DNA of 64,000 bases. It comes from Eledone cirrhosa (taxonomy: Eukaryota). A program made the translations under genes and the position numbers. Location of the stretch: NCBI GenBank assembly GCA_964016885.1, contig OZ024747.1:49600001-49664000 (forward strand), in the 5' to 3' direction. Positions 39,726 through 52,994 of the stretch are shown piece by piece (position 1 is the first letter of the stretch; every line of letters begins with the position of its first letter). The notes beneath the pieces are model-generated. The model had not been told where the DNA came from, ran no database searches, and saw only the letters and a program-made list of their open reading frames with translations.

Positions 39726-40257
39726 AAATCTGTCCACGCCTTGAACCCTGGGTAACACAGAAAGGTCCAATTCCGAGTCACCTCCTTTTCAGCATAAACA
39801 AGTTTGTGCGTGGGCGATCCCTCGAGGTGGGAAACAGAAAACGACATGTATAAAAAGCCTGTATCATCCCACTTCTAATACACAGTGAGGCTGGAGCCTG
39901 CGCCAGAGAATAGCTATGTAAAACATTCACCGCTACTTACAGGCTGCTGGGGTCTACAGACAACCACAGACCTTTACTCTCTCTCTCTCTCCTGGTCTCA
40001 GACTACACCAAAATCATGAAGCACCATCAAAAACACCAACACTTTATAGCACTTAATAACCTGTTCTTTGTTAATTTATGAAGTGAAGTGAAGTAAACCT
40101 TTTATATCAAAAGTAAACCAGCTATTCGTGTTATTTCATCTAACGATAAATACTAACCATCTTCGCTTTATATATACATACATGCATATATACATATATG
40201 TATACAGATATATATACATATACATATATGTATACATACATATATATATATATATAT

Positions 40258-40494
40258 GGAGGCACATGGCTTAGTGGTTAGAGCATTAGCCTTGCAATCG
40301 AAAGGTTGTGAGTTCAATTCTCCCGGGTGATGTGTTGTTTCCTTGAGCAAGACACTTTATTTCACATTGCTCCAGTTTACTCAGCTGTAGAAATGAGATG
40401 AGAGGGACTGGGGTCCCTATCATTCCACTACAAATTGGTCGTGGAGGTGCCATGGCAAAAAAGCACCCAGCACTCACTGTAGAAATCACTGGTT
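40258..40494 (+). mobile_element. CORE-SINE, 3'-truncated
   Basis: Same head as 44761. Confidence 0.85.
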
Positions 40495-41340
40495 ATGGGG
40501 TCCTTCAACTTCCATATTCTTCTCCTCAAGGTAGGCCTCCTCACAATGAGGTCACTAACTACTAGGCTATGTTGGGAGGTGCATTCTTCACGGGGGAGGG
40601 ATTTAGTGTTTACAAGTCACTTTGTCACGTCTTCTAGTAAGGATATAATCTAACTGGCTGGCGTGTTCCCCTGATCTATAGGTGATCAAGTGGTTTCCTC
40701 GTTTTTTGAAGTTTGTATTACAGATTACTTTCTTTAATTTTTTTATTATTTATTCATTATTTGTGTTACAGATAGTAAGGTTATTAGCGTCACAGAATTT
40801 CTATTTCCAACCCCATAGCCTTCATGGATTCCATCATAGCCATCACTATGTTGTCCAACGTGACATTTTAGATCGCCAGCAATAATTAAGTAGTCGTTGT
40901 CGGTTATTTGGGAGGTTGTGTGCATTAGCGTCTCATAGAACCTGTCCTTTATAACGTCAGGTAGCCCAGATTAGGGTGCATAAGCGGATATTATTGTCAC
41001 AGTAGTTCTATTTAGGACTAGTCTTATTTTAATTATTCTGTCTTTCACTCTATTTACGTCAATTACCTTATCTACCCATTGTTTCACCTAACATAATTAC
41101 TACACCTCCCAGTCTGTTGTCAGAAAAGTTTATAGCATCGTTTTTTATCCACGATGAATCTGGCAGACCCACCTCTCCACCTAGTCTCTTGAATACAACA
41201 AACATCAACTTCTCTACGTTCAAGCATCTCTACAACCTCATTTGAGCAACCATTTAATGTGCTTATGTTCATGGTACCAACTCTGAAGATGGGGAGGGTG
41301 AGATTGATGGGTTGGAGGGGCAGGGAGGGGTGCGGGAGAT
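40495..41340 (-). pseudogene. Degenerate RTE AP-endonuclease domain (not shown in the ORF track)
   Basis: Manual translation: FRVGTMNISTLNG..EVVEMLERREVDVCCIQETRW; IISAYAP; IIAGDL..HVG; CNTNFKKRGNHLITYRSG..SQLDYIL; QHSLVVSD. Confidence 0.85.
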
Positions 41341-41448
41341 GGAATTATGTTGGTCATCGGTGTCTGAAATAAAGAGGGATCCTTATATATACACACAAAT
41401 ATATATATACACATATATACATATACATATATATACATATGCACACAT

Positions 41449-42130
41449 ATCATCATCATCATTTAACATCCATCTTCCACGCTTGCATGGGTTTGGACGG
41501 GAGTTTTCCCACTTAGGGCAAGATTGGTTGTCCTGCTCGTATAGGGCTGTCTGGCGGGTTTTCTACGGCTGGATGCCCTTCCTAACACCAACCACGTTTA
41601 CTGTGTGGACTGGGAGGTTTTTACCGTGTTACCTACACGGCCACATTACAGCGTGGACTGTTTTTTTTTTTGTCGTGACACCTACACGTCTGGCGGGTTT
41701 TTTACGGCTGGGTGCCCTTCGCAACACCAATCACATTTACAGTGTGGACTGGGAGGTTTTTACCGTGTTACCTACACGGCCACATTACAGCGTGGATTGT
41801 GTGTTTTTTTTGTCCTGACACCTACACGACCTCATTTGTTTCGGACTGGATGTTGTGGTACCAACTTCACATTTAAAAGGCTGGTGTGGGTGAGGTGGAG
41901 GTAGTGGGACGGGGGTGTATTTTGTTAGAGGTGCCTACTGACTGTAGGTTTCGCTTTGTACTCAGGCAAGGCGGGACTTCTGTATAACTGTGTAGCGCCA
42001 AAGATCTCGGTCCAGTGACACTGTCTTGGAGATGTGTAAGTGTGTGAGGTCGGAATTTATCAAGTCGTCCCAGGGTTTTCTGGGTCTGCCTACTCAGTGG
42101 CTACTGTCTATTTTTATCGCCCTGCACTTT
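41449..42130 (-). mobile_element. RTE family A 3' fragment with an internal UTR duplication
   Basis: Matches 50747-51270; (CAT)n tail. Confidence 0.88.
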
Positions 42131-42228
42131 TTTTATATATATATATATATATGTGTAAAGTAATTCCGTCGGAAATGTCCTTGCCCTTCACATACCTATG
42201 TGTATGTGTATGTATGTGTATGTGTATG

Positions 42229-42295
<67 letters not shown>

Positions 42296-42336
42296 GTGTG
42301 TATATGTATGTATATGTAGATAGACCAGGTTTTTTT

Positions 42337-42390
42337 CATTCTGAAGATTGAAAGAAAAATTTTTTGCTTTTAAGAAACCACTGGTGAATG
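42337..42390 (+). ncRNA. Type I hammerhead ribozyme motif, copy 1 (GUG triplet, probably impaired)
   Basis: CATT-CTGAAGA-TTGAAAG...CTTTTAA-GAAACCACTGGTG-AATG. Confidence 0.75.
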
Positions 42391-42504
42391 GAATAATTGC
42401 CTTATGTTGCTTATTACTTTACTACTATATATATGTATATGTAAGGTTCATATGAATTATCTAAGACTGAGTTTTACACACACATGTATATGTGTATGTA
42501 TGTG

Positions 42505-42535
<31 letters not shown>

Positions 42536-43243
42536 TTGTATTTGGTTGTGCGTATTTATGATATGTACGTATTTGTATGTGTATAATTGTATAGCTATGT
42601 ATGTATATGTGTGTGTGTGTGTATACATATATGTGTGTGTGTATTTTTATATTTATGTATATATATATGTATGTGTATATATATACATATACATATGTGT
42701 GTATAATTGTATACGTGTGCGTGTTTGTGCATGTATGTGTTTATGTATATGTATATTTATGTGTGAGAGTGTGTGTATGTATTTACTATTTCGTACGTAT
42801 GTATACGTGCATTTGTGTGTATTACTTACCACGCGTGTCTGTCCAGCTACCCGCCGTTTGTATCGCTGTCAACATTTTTTTATATATATATTTTTCCTTA
42901 TATTTATTTGCGTGTGTGAATATGTAGAGGAGTGCATTTATGTATGTGTATGTATGTACGTGTGTATATATGTATGATTGTGTTCATGTATGTATATGTA
43001 TGTGTGTATGGCTATGTTTGTGTATGTGTATGCTTGTACACACATATATATATATGTATGTATATGTGTGTATGTATTTGTATTTATATTTCTATGTGTA
43101 TGTATGTGTATATATGTGTGTGTTTGTATATATGTATGTGTATGTATGGATGGATGTGTTGATATGTGCTTATGTATATATGTGTATGTGTGTATTTATA
43201 TACACATATATGTGTGTATATATGTGTGTGTGTGTATGTATGA

Positions 43244-43312
<69 letters not shown>

Positions 43313-43450
43313 CGCGTGTTTTTGTGTGTGTGTTTGCACGTGTAGTTTTATTTTATTTTTCCTTTCCTTCTTCCTTCTCCAGCCTCACTTTCATATAGAT
43401 TGCATTTTTGTTTTTAAAATCCAAATTCAATAAACAAACCAGGATTTTTT

Positions 43451-43504
43451 CATTCTGAGGATTGAAAGCAAAATCTTTTGTTTTTAAGAAACCACTGGTA
43501 AATG
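43451..43504 (+). ncRNA. Type I hammerhead ribozyme motif, copy 2 (canonical, GUA triplet)
   Basis: CATT-CTGAGGA-TTGAAAGCAAAA(tc)TTTTGTTTTTAA-GAA-ACCA(c)TGGT-A-AATG. All three stems and the catalytic core are intact. Confidence 0.85.
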
Positions 43505-43532
43505 GAATAATTGCCTTATGTTGTTTATTACA

Positions 43533-43587
<55 letters not shown>

Positions 43588-43682
43588 TCATATACATATA
43601 TATATATATATACATACATATATATATAAATATACATACATATATAAATATACATACATATATATATATAAATATACATACA

Positions 43683-43945
43683 TATCATCATTTCATTTTA
43701 CGTCCGCTTTTTCACTGCTTGCAAGGGTGGGACGGGAACTGATGCTGGCTTGATTTCTACAGCTGGATGCCCTTCCTAACACCAACCTCATTTACAGTGA
43801 GTGCGGGTGCTTTTTTGCTGTGGCACCTCCATGACCACTTCGCAGTGGAATGATATGGACCCCAGTCCCTATCATCTCATTTCTACAGCTGAGTAAACTG
43901 GAGCAATGTGAAACAACACATCACCCGGTCTGAGAATTGAATTCC
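43683..43945 (-). mobile_element. CORE-SINE with RTE-B tail, partial head
   Basis: Reverse complement of the 44761-45097 family. Confidence 0.85.
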
Positions 43946-43967
43946 CATATACATATATATACATATA

Positions 43968-44345
43968 TTTATAGTGAGCAAAGGCACTGCACAAAGCCAG
44001 TCCCACTCTCTTAACCAAGATGATATTTACCAAAAAGAAGAACAAGTCAACATCATTGGATACCATCAGGGTTGCAGGTGTTATATCAGAGTTTTCCTTC
44101 TCCTAGAATGCTGCCTTGACAAGGCTAAGGGGTCATCTCTCCCGGTGATTTTGGATGGCCATTGACTCTTAAGAGCTCCTTTGCCCTTTGACAGGTTTTG
44201 TTTTTAGTCCTGCAGGATGTCCAAAGTCACCCTCCTCACCAAGAAACCTGGGTGGGGTTGCCAGTTTAGTCGCCAACGACCCGACCATGGGACAGGTTGT
44301 ACTGGAATACATGTTACCAGTAGCACTAATTGGTGACTTGACAGT
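43968..44345 (+). mobile_element. Interspersed repeat (SINE or LINE 3'-end-like), family shared with 53235-53845
   Basis: Near-identical 380 bp ending CAGGTTGTACTGG..CATGTTACCAGTAGCA, then microsatellite. Confidence 0.75.
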
Positions 44346-44377
<32 letters not shown>

Positions 44378-44760
44378 CATATATATATATACATATATAC
44401 ATACATATATATATATACATATATACATACATATATATATACATATGTATATATATATATACATACATATATATACATATGTATATATATATATATATAC
44501 ATATGTATATATCTATATATATATACATATGTATATATATACATATGTATATATATGTATGTATATATCTATATATATATACATATGTATATATATATAT
44601 ATATATACATATGTATATATATATATATATACATACATATATATACATATGTATATATATATATATATATATACATACATATAAATACATATGTATATAT
44701 ATATATATATACATACATATAAATACATATGTGTATATATATATATATACATACATATAT

Positions 44761-45097
44761 GGAGGCACATGGCTTAGTGGTTAGAGCATTGGCCTTGCAA
44801 TCGAAAGGTTGTGAGTTCAATTCTCAGACCGGGTGATGTGTTGTTTCCTTGAGCAAGACACTTTATTTCACATTGCTCCAGTTTACTCAGCTGTAGAAAT
44901 GAGATGATAGGGACTGGTGTCCCCATCATTCCACTGTAAAGTGGTCGTGGAGGTGCCACGGCAAAAAAGCACCCAGCACTCACTGTAAATGAGGTTGGTG
45001 TTAGGAAGGGCATCCAGCTGTAGAAATCAAGCCAGAATCAGTTCCCGTCTCACCCTTGCAAGCAGGGAAAAGCGGACGTAAAATGATGATGATGATG
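44761..45097 (+). mobile_element. Full-length CORE-SINE: tRNA head + CORE domain + RTE-B-derived tail
   Basis: A box TGGCTTAGTGG; B box GAGTTCAATTC; CCTTGAGCAAGACACTTT..CAGTTTACTCAGCTGTAGAAATG resembling the MIR CORE; tail GCAAGCAGGGAAAAGCGGACGTAAAA(TGA)n. Confidence 0.9.
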
Positions 45098-45107
45098 ATA
45101 TATATAC

Positions 45108-45148
<41 letters not shown>

Positions 45149-45198
45149 CATACAGAAACATACATATATATATATATACATACATACATATATATATA

Positions 45199-46287
45199 CA
45201 TCATCATCATCATCATTTTACGTCCGCTTTTCCCTGCTTGCAAGGGTCGGACGGGTCTTATTCAGCACAGCATCTCTCCACTTGTCACGGTCCCTCGTCA
45301 TCTCCACCGTGAGCTTCAATGATCTGAGGTCTGTTCTCACCACCTCCGCCCATGTTTTTCGTGGTCTACCTCTACCACGTCTTCCTTCAACTGGCAATTC
45401 CTGGCACTTCTTCACCCATCGGTCATCCTCCATGCGCATCACATGTCCATACCACCTCAGTCTCCTCTCCTGTACACTACATTCTATCCCTCTCAGACAC
45501 AGTTTCTCTCTCAACACATTTATGCTGGGTCGTTCACGCACATCCAACGGAGCATGCTTGCCTCATTTCTCTCCAGCCGTCGCAGTTGCTGCCCATGTCT
45601 CACTACCATGCAGCATCGCGCTCCTCACACAGGCATCATACAACCGGCCTTCCGTACGCAGGGAGAAACCCTTCTTCGTCAACAGAGGAAGCAGCTCCCT
45701 AAACTTCTTCCAACCCGTCCTTATTCTAGATACTATGGCCTCGGAACACCCTCCTCCCATGCTATTCTGATCTCCTAGGTACCGGAAGCTATCCACCACT
45801 TCTATAGCGCCCTCCTGCATTTGAAAAATGTGTCTATCAATGCGACTTCTACTGTCTAATTTCCCTGAACATCTACTGCATACATATTTCTCCCTACCTG
45901 TTAGTTTGCCTGCTATCCTGCTACATCTCTTGTGTACCCATGATCTGCATTGTGTGCATTTTATAGAATTTATGCCAGTTCCTTTTCTGCATATCGAACA
46001 TGGCCATTTCACTGATGGAATCAGGGTTTTGTCCTCTTTTCTACTCATCAACACTTTTGTCTTAGCTAGATTCACTCTCAGTCCTCTTGCTTCCAAAGCC
46101 AGAATTTATTCTCCAGCTCCTCTACTGATTCTGCTATAAGAACCAGATCGTCAGCATAGAGAAGTTCCCATGGACAGCCAGTCTTAAACTCCTGTTATGG
46201 CTTGGAGGACTATAATGAACAAGAGCGGGCTGAAGACCGAACCTTGATGTACTCCTACTTGTATCTGGAATTCCCCACTAAACTCCA
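45199..46287 (-). mobile_element. RTE-clade LINE family B, 5'-truncated and frameshifted
   Basis: [14 protein letters not shown]; YADD; WPCSICRK..CTQC..HKRC..CSRC; FRYLG; RRLRWYGHV..GRGRPRKTW. The ORF stop runs directly into the (TGA)n tail. Confidence 0.93.
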
Positions 46288-46452
46288 TACATACATATAT
46301 ATACATGTATATATATATACATATATATATACATGTATATATATATACATATATATATACATATGTATATAAATATATATACATATATATATATATATAC
46401 ATACATATATATATATACATACATACATACATACATATATACATGCATACAT

Positions 46453-49400
46453 AAATGGCGACCGTTGTGGTCAGTGTCCGATAATCGGACGTGTGTAATT
46501 ACGGCTTACATGAAGGCAACATTCCATATATTGGAAAAAGTTGAGCTACATTACGCGGTAAGATTGCATACAATAATTCTACATAAGTGTTTGAACTCTA
46601 AGTGTGTTGTAAAACACCTATTTATATGAACGATACATACACTTATGATATATGAACGATACATACACTTTAACATATAAATGCAACGTTGTTATATTAC
46701 ATTTATAAAGAAATATACAAGTAACGTTTTCGATTCAGAAACAAAAATGTAAGTGTTTGAACTGTGAATATGTTGTGAATGGGTTGTAGAACACCTATTT
46801 ATATGAATGATACATAAACTTTAACATATAAATACAGCGTTGTTATATTATATTACATTCATAAAGGAATATACTAAGTAACGGTTCTTTTTGTTCTCGA
46901 TTCAAACGATTCAAGAACGTTTAAAACACAGTTGTAGAATTAAAAACTAACTGAAAAGAAATATTACCCAAGCTGTGAATAACTTTAAATTTGATTCTGA
47001 CAGAACTTTGTCGAAACTTTTAAAGAAGATCATCGACTATTTTGAAAAATAAATACGAAATATTAGTGAATAGACGAACTCATCATGGCAAAAAGTACAA
47101 GTCTCCTTCGACCAAATCGCAACTACAACCGTTGTATACAGTGGAGCTACGAGCTTAACAAAGAATTATATGAAGCATACAAACAATCTGAACCCCAAAA
47201 GTTTGGTTTTATGCAAAGGCTAAACATTTTATGGAACTCCAAACACCCAGAATTAGACTTTTCTCCAAAGCATCTAAATGAACAGGCAAAACATATCATT
47301 AGATGTAAATTGATACATCTAACGGAATTGAGTGATACTACAAATACAGCCCTTGTAGACAACCACCCCACCTTCACTGACAGACAAAGAGAATGGCCAG
47401 CTAAATCTAACAGTGAACAGCTCACCAACAATTTTGCTGAAATCCATCCCACTTCCACTGAAGAACAGCGAGAAAGGTCAGCTGACTCTAGTAGTAATTG
47501 TCACCACATCAACAACGAGGCTGAAATTCATGACTCTACTGAACAAACAGAGCACCAAAAACTTGTGGGCACCCTACAAGTGATATGGAACGATATGTTT
47601 CAAGAGATACACAGCCTTAATGTGAGTGACAGACCATACAACACTAGAGCCAGTAAAGAACCCACTAAATTGGAATTGGAAGCAGTGAACAAAATAGCTG
47701 GCAATTATCTGAAGGCTATACGATCTAAAGGTGTAGAAACGACATTTGAAATGCTTAATGTTTTGTTATATGTTTCAGCTGTCACATTGCTATCATATAA
47801 CACACATCTAAAACCATGCAATCAAGATACAAACAGAAAGCCTGAACCAGTGTGGATGCGAAATTTAAAAACCAAAATGTTGTCCCTGAGACGAAGTATC
47901 TCACACATCGCAGTCGTTATGAAATGCAACATAGAGAGCAACTTCACACGACACCAGGAAGACCTAAAGAAAAAGTTAGAGAGACGATTTGGAGATACAA
48001 AATTTAAAACTTTGAACTCCAAATTACACCAGTTGAAACAACAACTCACAGCTACAACAGAAAGACTAAAATATAAGTCAACAGCACATAAACGACAAGT
48101 GCTAAATAGATTGTTTGCCAGAGATCCTAAATCAGTTTATCGCAGCTTAGGTGGCAAAAGCTCAATCCCTGTAAACGACACCCCTTCAAAAGAACAGGTT
48201 GAGAGCTACTGGAGATCTGTATGGGAAACGGATGACGGATTCAACAGACAAGCTAATTGGCTAAAAGAACTGGAACAGGACTACTGCCAACATGTCCAGA
48301 CAAAACAATATGACATAGATGGGTCAATACTGGAAACAGCTCTACAGAAAATGTTGAATAGGAAATCGCCAGGCCCAGACCTCATTACAGGATACTGGTT
48401 GAAGAATTTCACTTTCTATCGGCAAGATCTCATACGGCTGTTTACAGAAACCATTAAGGGCACACAAGAACTGCCCAGATGGTTATCAACTGCCACTACT
48501 CTCCTCATTCCCAAAAATAGCCAAACCACCCTTGCTAAAAATTACCGCCCAATTGCCTATATAAATTATATACTGGGTGCCTTAACCTGTTCTTACAGGA
48601 TCACTGTGCTACCAACATCATAACACCTGAGCAAGCTGGTGGAAAGAGGGAGGTGTGGGGTTGCATAGATCACCTACTAACTAACAAAATGATTCAGGAA
48701 AAAACAACAAAGAATCGCAGAAACATGACTGTCGTGTGGCTGGACTATCAAAAAGCATTTGATAGTGTACTTCATGGGTGGATTATTAAGGCTTTACAGT
48801 TAGCTAAAGTCCCACAACCATTGGTAGCTGCTGTTGAACGCCTGACCAAGAACTGGTACACCAATTTGATCCTTAGAGGTGAGAAGGAGCAGGTTAAGAC
48901 TGATAAGATACATTACCAGAAGGGCATCTTTCAGTGTGATAGCTTGTCAGTGCTACTCTTCGTTCTCTCACTGAATCCACTATCTTACCTACTCAGGAAA
49001 CAAGGTGGACAAAGAAGTGGGCCCAGAAGTATCTCCCATCTTTTCTTTGTTGATGACCTGAAGTTGTATGGGCCAAATATCAATGACATCAAGAAACAAT
49101 TGGACCTCATTACACAATTTTCAACCGACATCAAAATGAAATTTGGTGAGTCCAAGTGTGCATATTTGGCAGTAAAACGTGGAAGAGCTGTGCCCTCCTC
49201 TAGAAATCTAGAGATGAACGGCCTGACAATACAACCTCTGCAGTCAGGTGACAACTACAGATATCTTGGACAGGATGAGAATGTCAGATATGATGGACCC
49301 ATAAATAAGGAGAGAACCAGAACTGAATACCTCAGAAGAGTAAAGAAAATATGGTCATCAGAACTGTCAGCATACAACAAATGCATTGCCCACAATACTT

Positions 49401-50657
49401 ATGCTGTGCCAATTCTAACGCCAACATTTGGCCTACTGAACTGGTCATTGCAAGAACTAAGTGAGATGGATGTTAGAATTTGTAAACTTCTCAGTGTTAC
49501 TGGGAACTTTAACATCAATGGTGATGTGGATAGGTTATACTTCTCACGCAAGGAAGGTGGCCGGGGTCTAAAATCAATATTAACAACATATGAGACCCGG
49601 ATAGTAACACTGAAGCAACACCTTCAACAGAGGAAAAAGGTTGGCAACCATCTTGCCCAGGTTTATGAGCATGAAAAAAGAAATATCATTAGAATAGCGA
49701 CTGATCTGGAGGAGAGATATGGAATAAAGCCTGATATAAATCTCTCACCCAGAGAAATCGGAAGATCCTATTCAATGTTCAAACAAGATAAAAAAATTGA
49801 CCAATTTACAGAAAAAGTTGTGCATGGATACTTGAGGCGTAAAACACAGACCATAGAGGGGATAAACCACTCAAAAAGCCTGGCATGGAGTTCCGACAAG
49901 TTTATGACATCACACCTTGAGGGATATCTCTATGCAATACAGGAACAAGAACTCCCTACCAAATATCTGCTGCACAAAAGAGGAGGGCCAGCAGCTGACA
50001 ATAAATGTAGGCTATGTAAAACAAAGATCGAGGATGTAAGCCACATTGTTGCCAGCTGCGAAAGAATGTCATCTCGCTACTACCTCCCCATGAGACACGA
50101 TGGGATAGCTAGAACCATCTGGAACGCACTTCGGAAAACAAAATTAACAACAAACGAAGAAGAATATATTGAGACAGATGGCACTAAGGAATACTGGTGG
50201 AACCTGAAAATAAAAACTGCCACCAAATTAAAACATAACCGGCCTGATATGGTAGTTTGGGACCACACATTGAAAACGTGTTCTGTTGTGGAGATCAGCT
50301 GCCCACTTGATGTAAACGTTGTCAGAAAAATACAGGAGAAGGACATCTACGGACCATTGATGAGGAGTTTACAAATCCAGTATCCAAGATACACCTTTAG
50401 CTTCATACCCATCATTATTGGTGCTACGGGTTATATACCAACCCGCTTGGACCAAAGTATGACTGAACTTGGATTTGCGGACAAAAAGCGCAGCTCCCTA
50501 ATTCATAGTCTACAAATGGCTGCGATAGCTGGCACCTTCAAAATTTGCAAAACATTCATGTGATTCAAGGGATGACAATTTCTTTTCTTTTACAACCTTG
50601 CCACCAGGAAGGTGGCTGGTCAAAAAAATATACTCGAAATTAAGAGAAAGAGAAAAC
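46453..50657 (+). mobile_element. R4/Dong-like non-LTR retrotransposon (RT + restriction-like endonuclease), near full length, one frameshift near 48560
   Basis: ORFs 47085-48623 and 48653-50563: N-terminal Myb-like helix region, KSPGPD, KNYRPI, WLDYQKAFDSV, GIFQCDSLS, FVDDLK, CCHC knuckle CRLC..H..C, RHD, RPD..VVEISCP. About 630 bp of 5'UTR with internal duplications. Confidence 0.92.
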
Positions 50658-50665
50658 ATATATAC

Positions 50666-50746
<81 letters not shown>

Positions 50747-52994
50747 CATCATCATCATCAACGTTTAACGTCCGTGTTCCACGCTTGCATGGGTTTGGAC
50801 GGGGGTAGTCCCACTTGAGGCAAGAGTGATTGTCTTGCTCGCATAGGACTGTCTGGCAGGTTTTCTACAGTTGGATGCCCTTCCTAACACCAACCACATT
50901 TACAGTGTGGGTCTGGGAGGTTTTTACCGTGTTGCCTACACGGCCACATTACAGCGTGGACTGTGTTTTTTTTTTGTCGTGACACCTACACGATCTCATT
51001 TGTTTCGGCCTGGATGGCGCGGCACCAACATAACTTTACATAGAACGGGGTGGTGTGGATGGGGTGTGGGTGGTGGCGGGACGGGGTGTAGTTTGTTAGA
51101 GATGCCTACTGGCAAGGCGGGTCTTCTCTGTTACTGAGTACCGCCAAAGGTCACGGTCCAGTGACATTGTCTTGGAGAGGTGTAAGTGTGTGAGGTCGGA
51201 GTTTATCAGCTCATCCCATGTTTTTCTAGGTCTGCCTATTCCGTGGCTACCGTCTATCTTTATTGCCCTGCACTTTGTAATACAGCTATCGACTTTCATG
51301 CGCATCACGTGTCCATACCAACGCAGCCTTCTCTCGAGTAAACAACATCTGATCCCTCTTATCTCTAATTTTTTCCTTAGTTCGTTTATGCTTTGCCGTT
51401 CACGTATATTACTGTTACACATCCAGCGGAGCATGCAAGCTTCGTTCCTCTCTAGTCTGCGTATATCCTCTGCACACAATGCCCAGGTCTCACTACCATG
51501 CAACATTGCTGTTCGTATGCAGGCATCGTACAACCTGCCTTTCATTTTTAGGGAGAACCCTTTAGCAGCTAATAGTGGTATAAGCTCTCTGAACTTTTTC
51601 CAACCAGTTCTGACTCTAGCTACAGTACTTTCAGAGCACCCTCCCCCACTGCTGATTTTATCGCCCAGGTAACGGAAGCTGTCCACTATTTCTATAGAAC
51701 CCTCTGCGCAATTGAAAGAGCTAGTATTTTGTGGGCACTTGCTGCTACTTATTGCACCAGAACACCGGCCACATGTAAAGTCTATGTTCTTAGTTAGCTT
51801 ACCTGTGATCCCACTACATCTTTTATGCACCCATACTTTGCATTTAGGACATAAGATGGAGTTTCTACCTACGCCTTTCCTACATACCGAGCACGACCAT
51901 TTCCCAGAAGGGACCGCCGCCTTGTTTTCTTTCCTACAAACTAGAACTTTGGTCTTAGCCAGGTTAATTTTAAGTCCTTTTGACTCTAGGCCGTGCTTCC
52001 ATGTTTGGAATTTCTTCTCTAGCTCGGCCATTGATTCCGCTATGAGTGTCAGGTCGTCTGCGTATAGGAGTTCCCATGGGCAGCCTGTCTTGAACTCCTC
52101 TGTTATAGCCTGAAGGGCAATAATAAATAGTAGGGGGCTGAGAACAGAGCCCTGATGGACGCCAACTTTTACGCTAAACTCTTCACTATATTCGTTGTTA
52201 ATTCTAACCTTGCTGACTGTTTCTTTATACATGGCTTGTATAGCCCTCACAAGCCATTCGTCAACGCCTAGTTTTCTAAGAGCCCACCAGATAATGGAGC
52301 GGGGGACTCTGTCGAAGGCTTTCTCCAGGTCGACAAAAGCTAAGTAGAGGGGTTTACCTTTAGCTAGGTACTTCTCCTGTAGTTGTCGTACTATGAAAAG
52401 AGCGTCTGTGGTGCTTTTGCCTGACACAAACCCGAACTGCATTTCATCTAGATCAATTCTCTCTCTGATTAGTTGCGCTATTACTTTTTCCGTGACCTTC
52501 ATGACCTGGTCGATTAATTTAATGCCTCTATAGTTACTCCTATCTAGGGCGTCTCCTTTACCCTTATAACAGTTAACGATGATGCTGCTATGCCAGTCCT
52601 TCGGAACAACCCCATTCTGTACGACTTGGTTAACTATGCGGGTGACCATGGTGTGTCCCACCGTGCCAGATGCCTTCAGCATCTCAGCAACTATTTCCGA
52701 AGGCCCAGCCGCCTTACCAGTCTTCATATCCTTGATTGCCTTACTTATTATACTCCCCTCGACTAACACTGCTGGTCCCTCTATCGGGTCGATATGGGGG
52801 AGACTGTCTTTCTCCCATTTATTCTCCTCATTTAGTAGCCTTTCATAGTGACACTTCCAAGCTACCTTCTTATCAGTGTCGGTGATGGCAAGTATGCCAT
52901 CATCGTTAAGTACACACTTCTCCCCGACAATATCACGGTTTTCCTTGACGCATTGCCTGGCAATCCTGAACACCTCACGTTTTTGGTCATCGCG
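50747..52994 (-). mobile_element. RTE family A LINE, 5'-truncated, uninterrupted 625-aa RT ORF (51096-52973), no endonuclease
   Basis: All RT motifs intact; highly similar to 13084-15453. Confidence 0.96.

Noticed and set aside
44761-44830. tRNA gene
   Set aside because: A and B boxes are present but there is no acceptor-stem closure. It continues into the CORE domain and is multi-copy, so it is a SINE head.
51172-52848. Antisense ORFs opposite the RTE RT (also 13214-14660 and 45282-46139)
   Set aside because: Shadow frames of the RT coding strand with no recognisable motifs.
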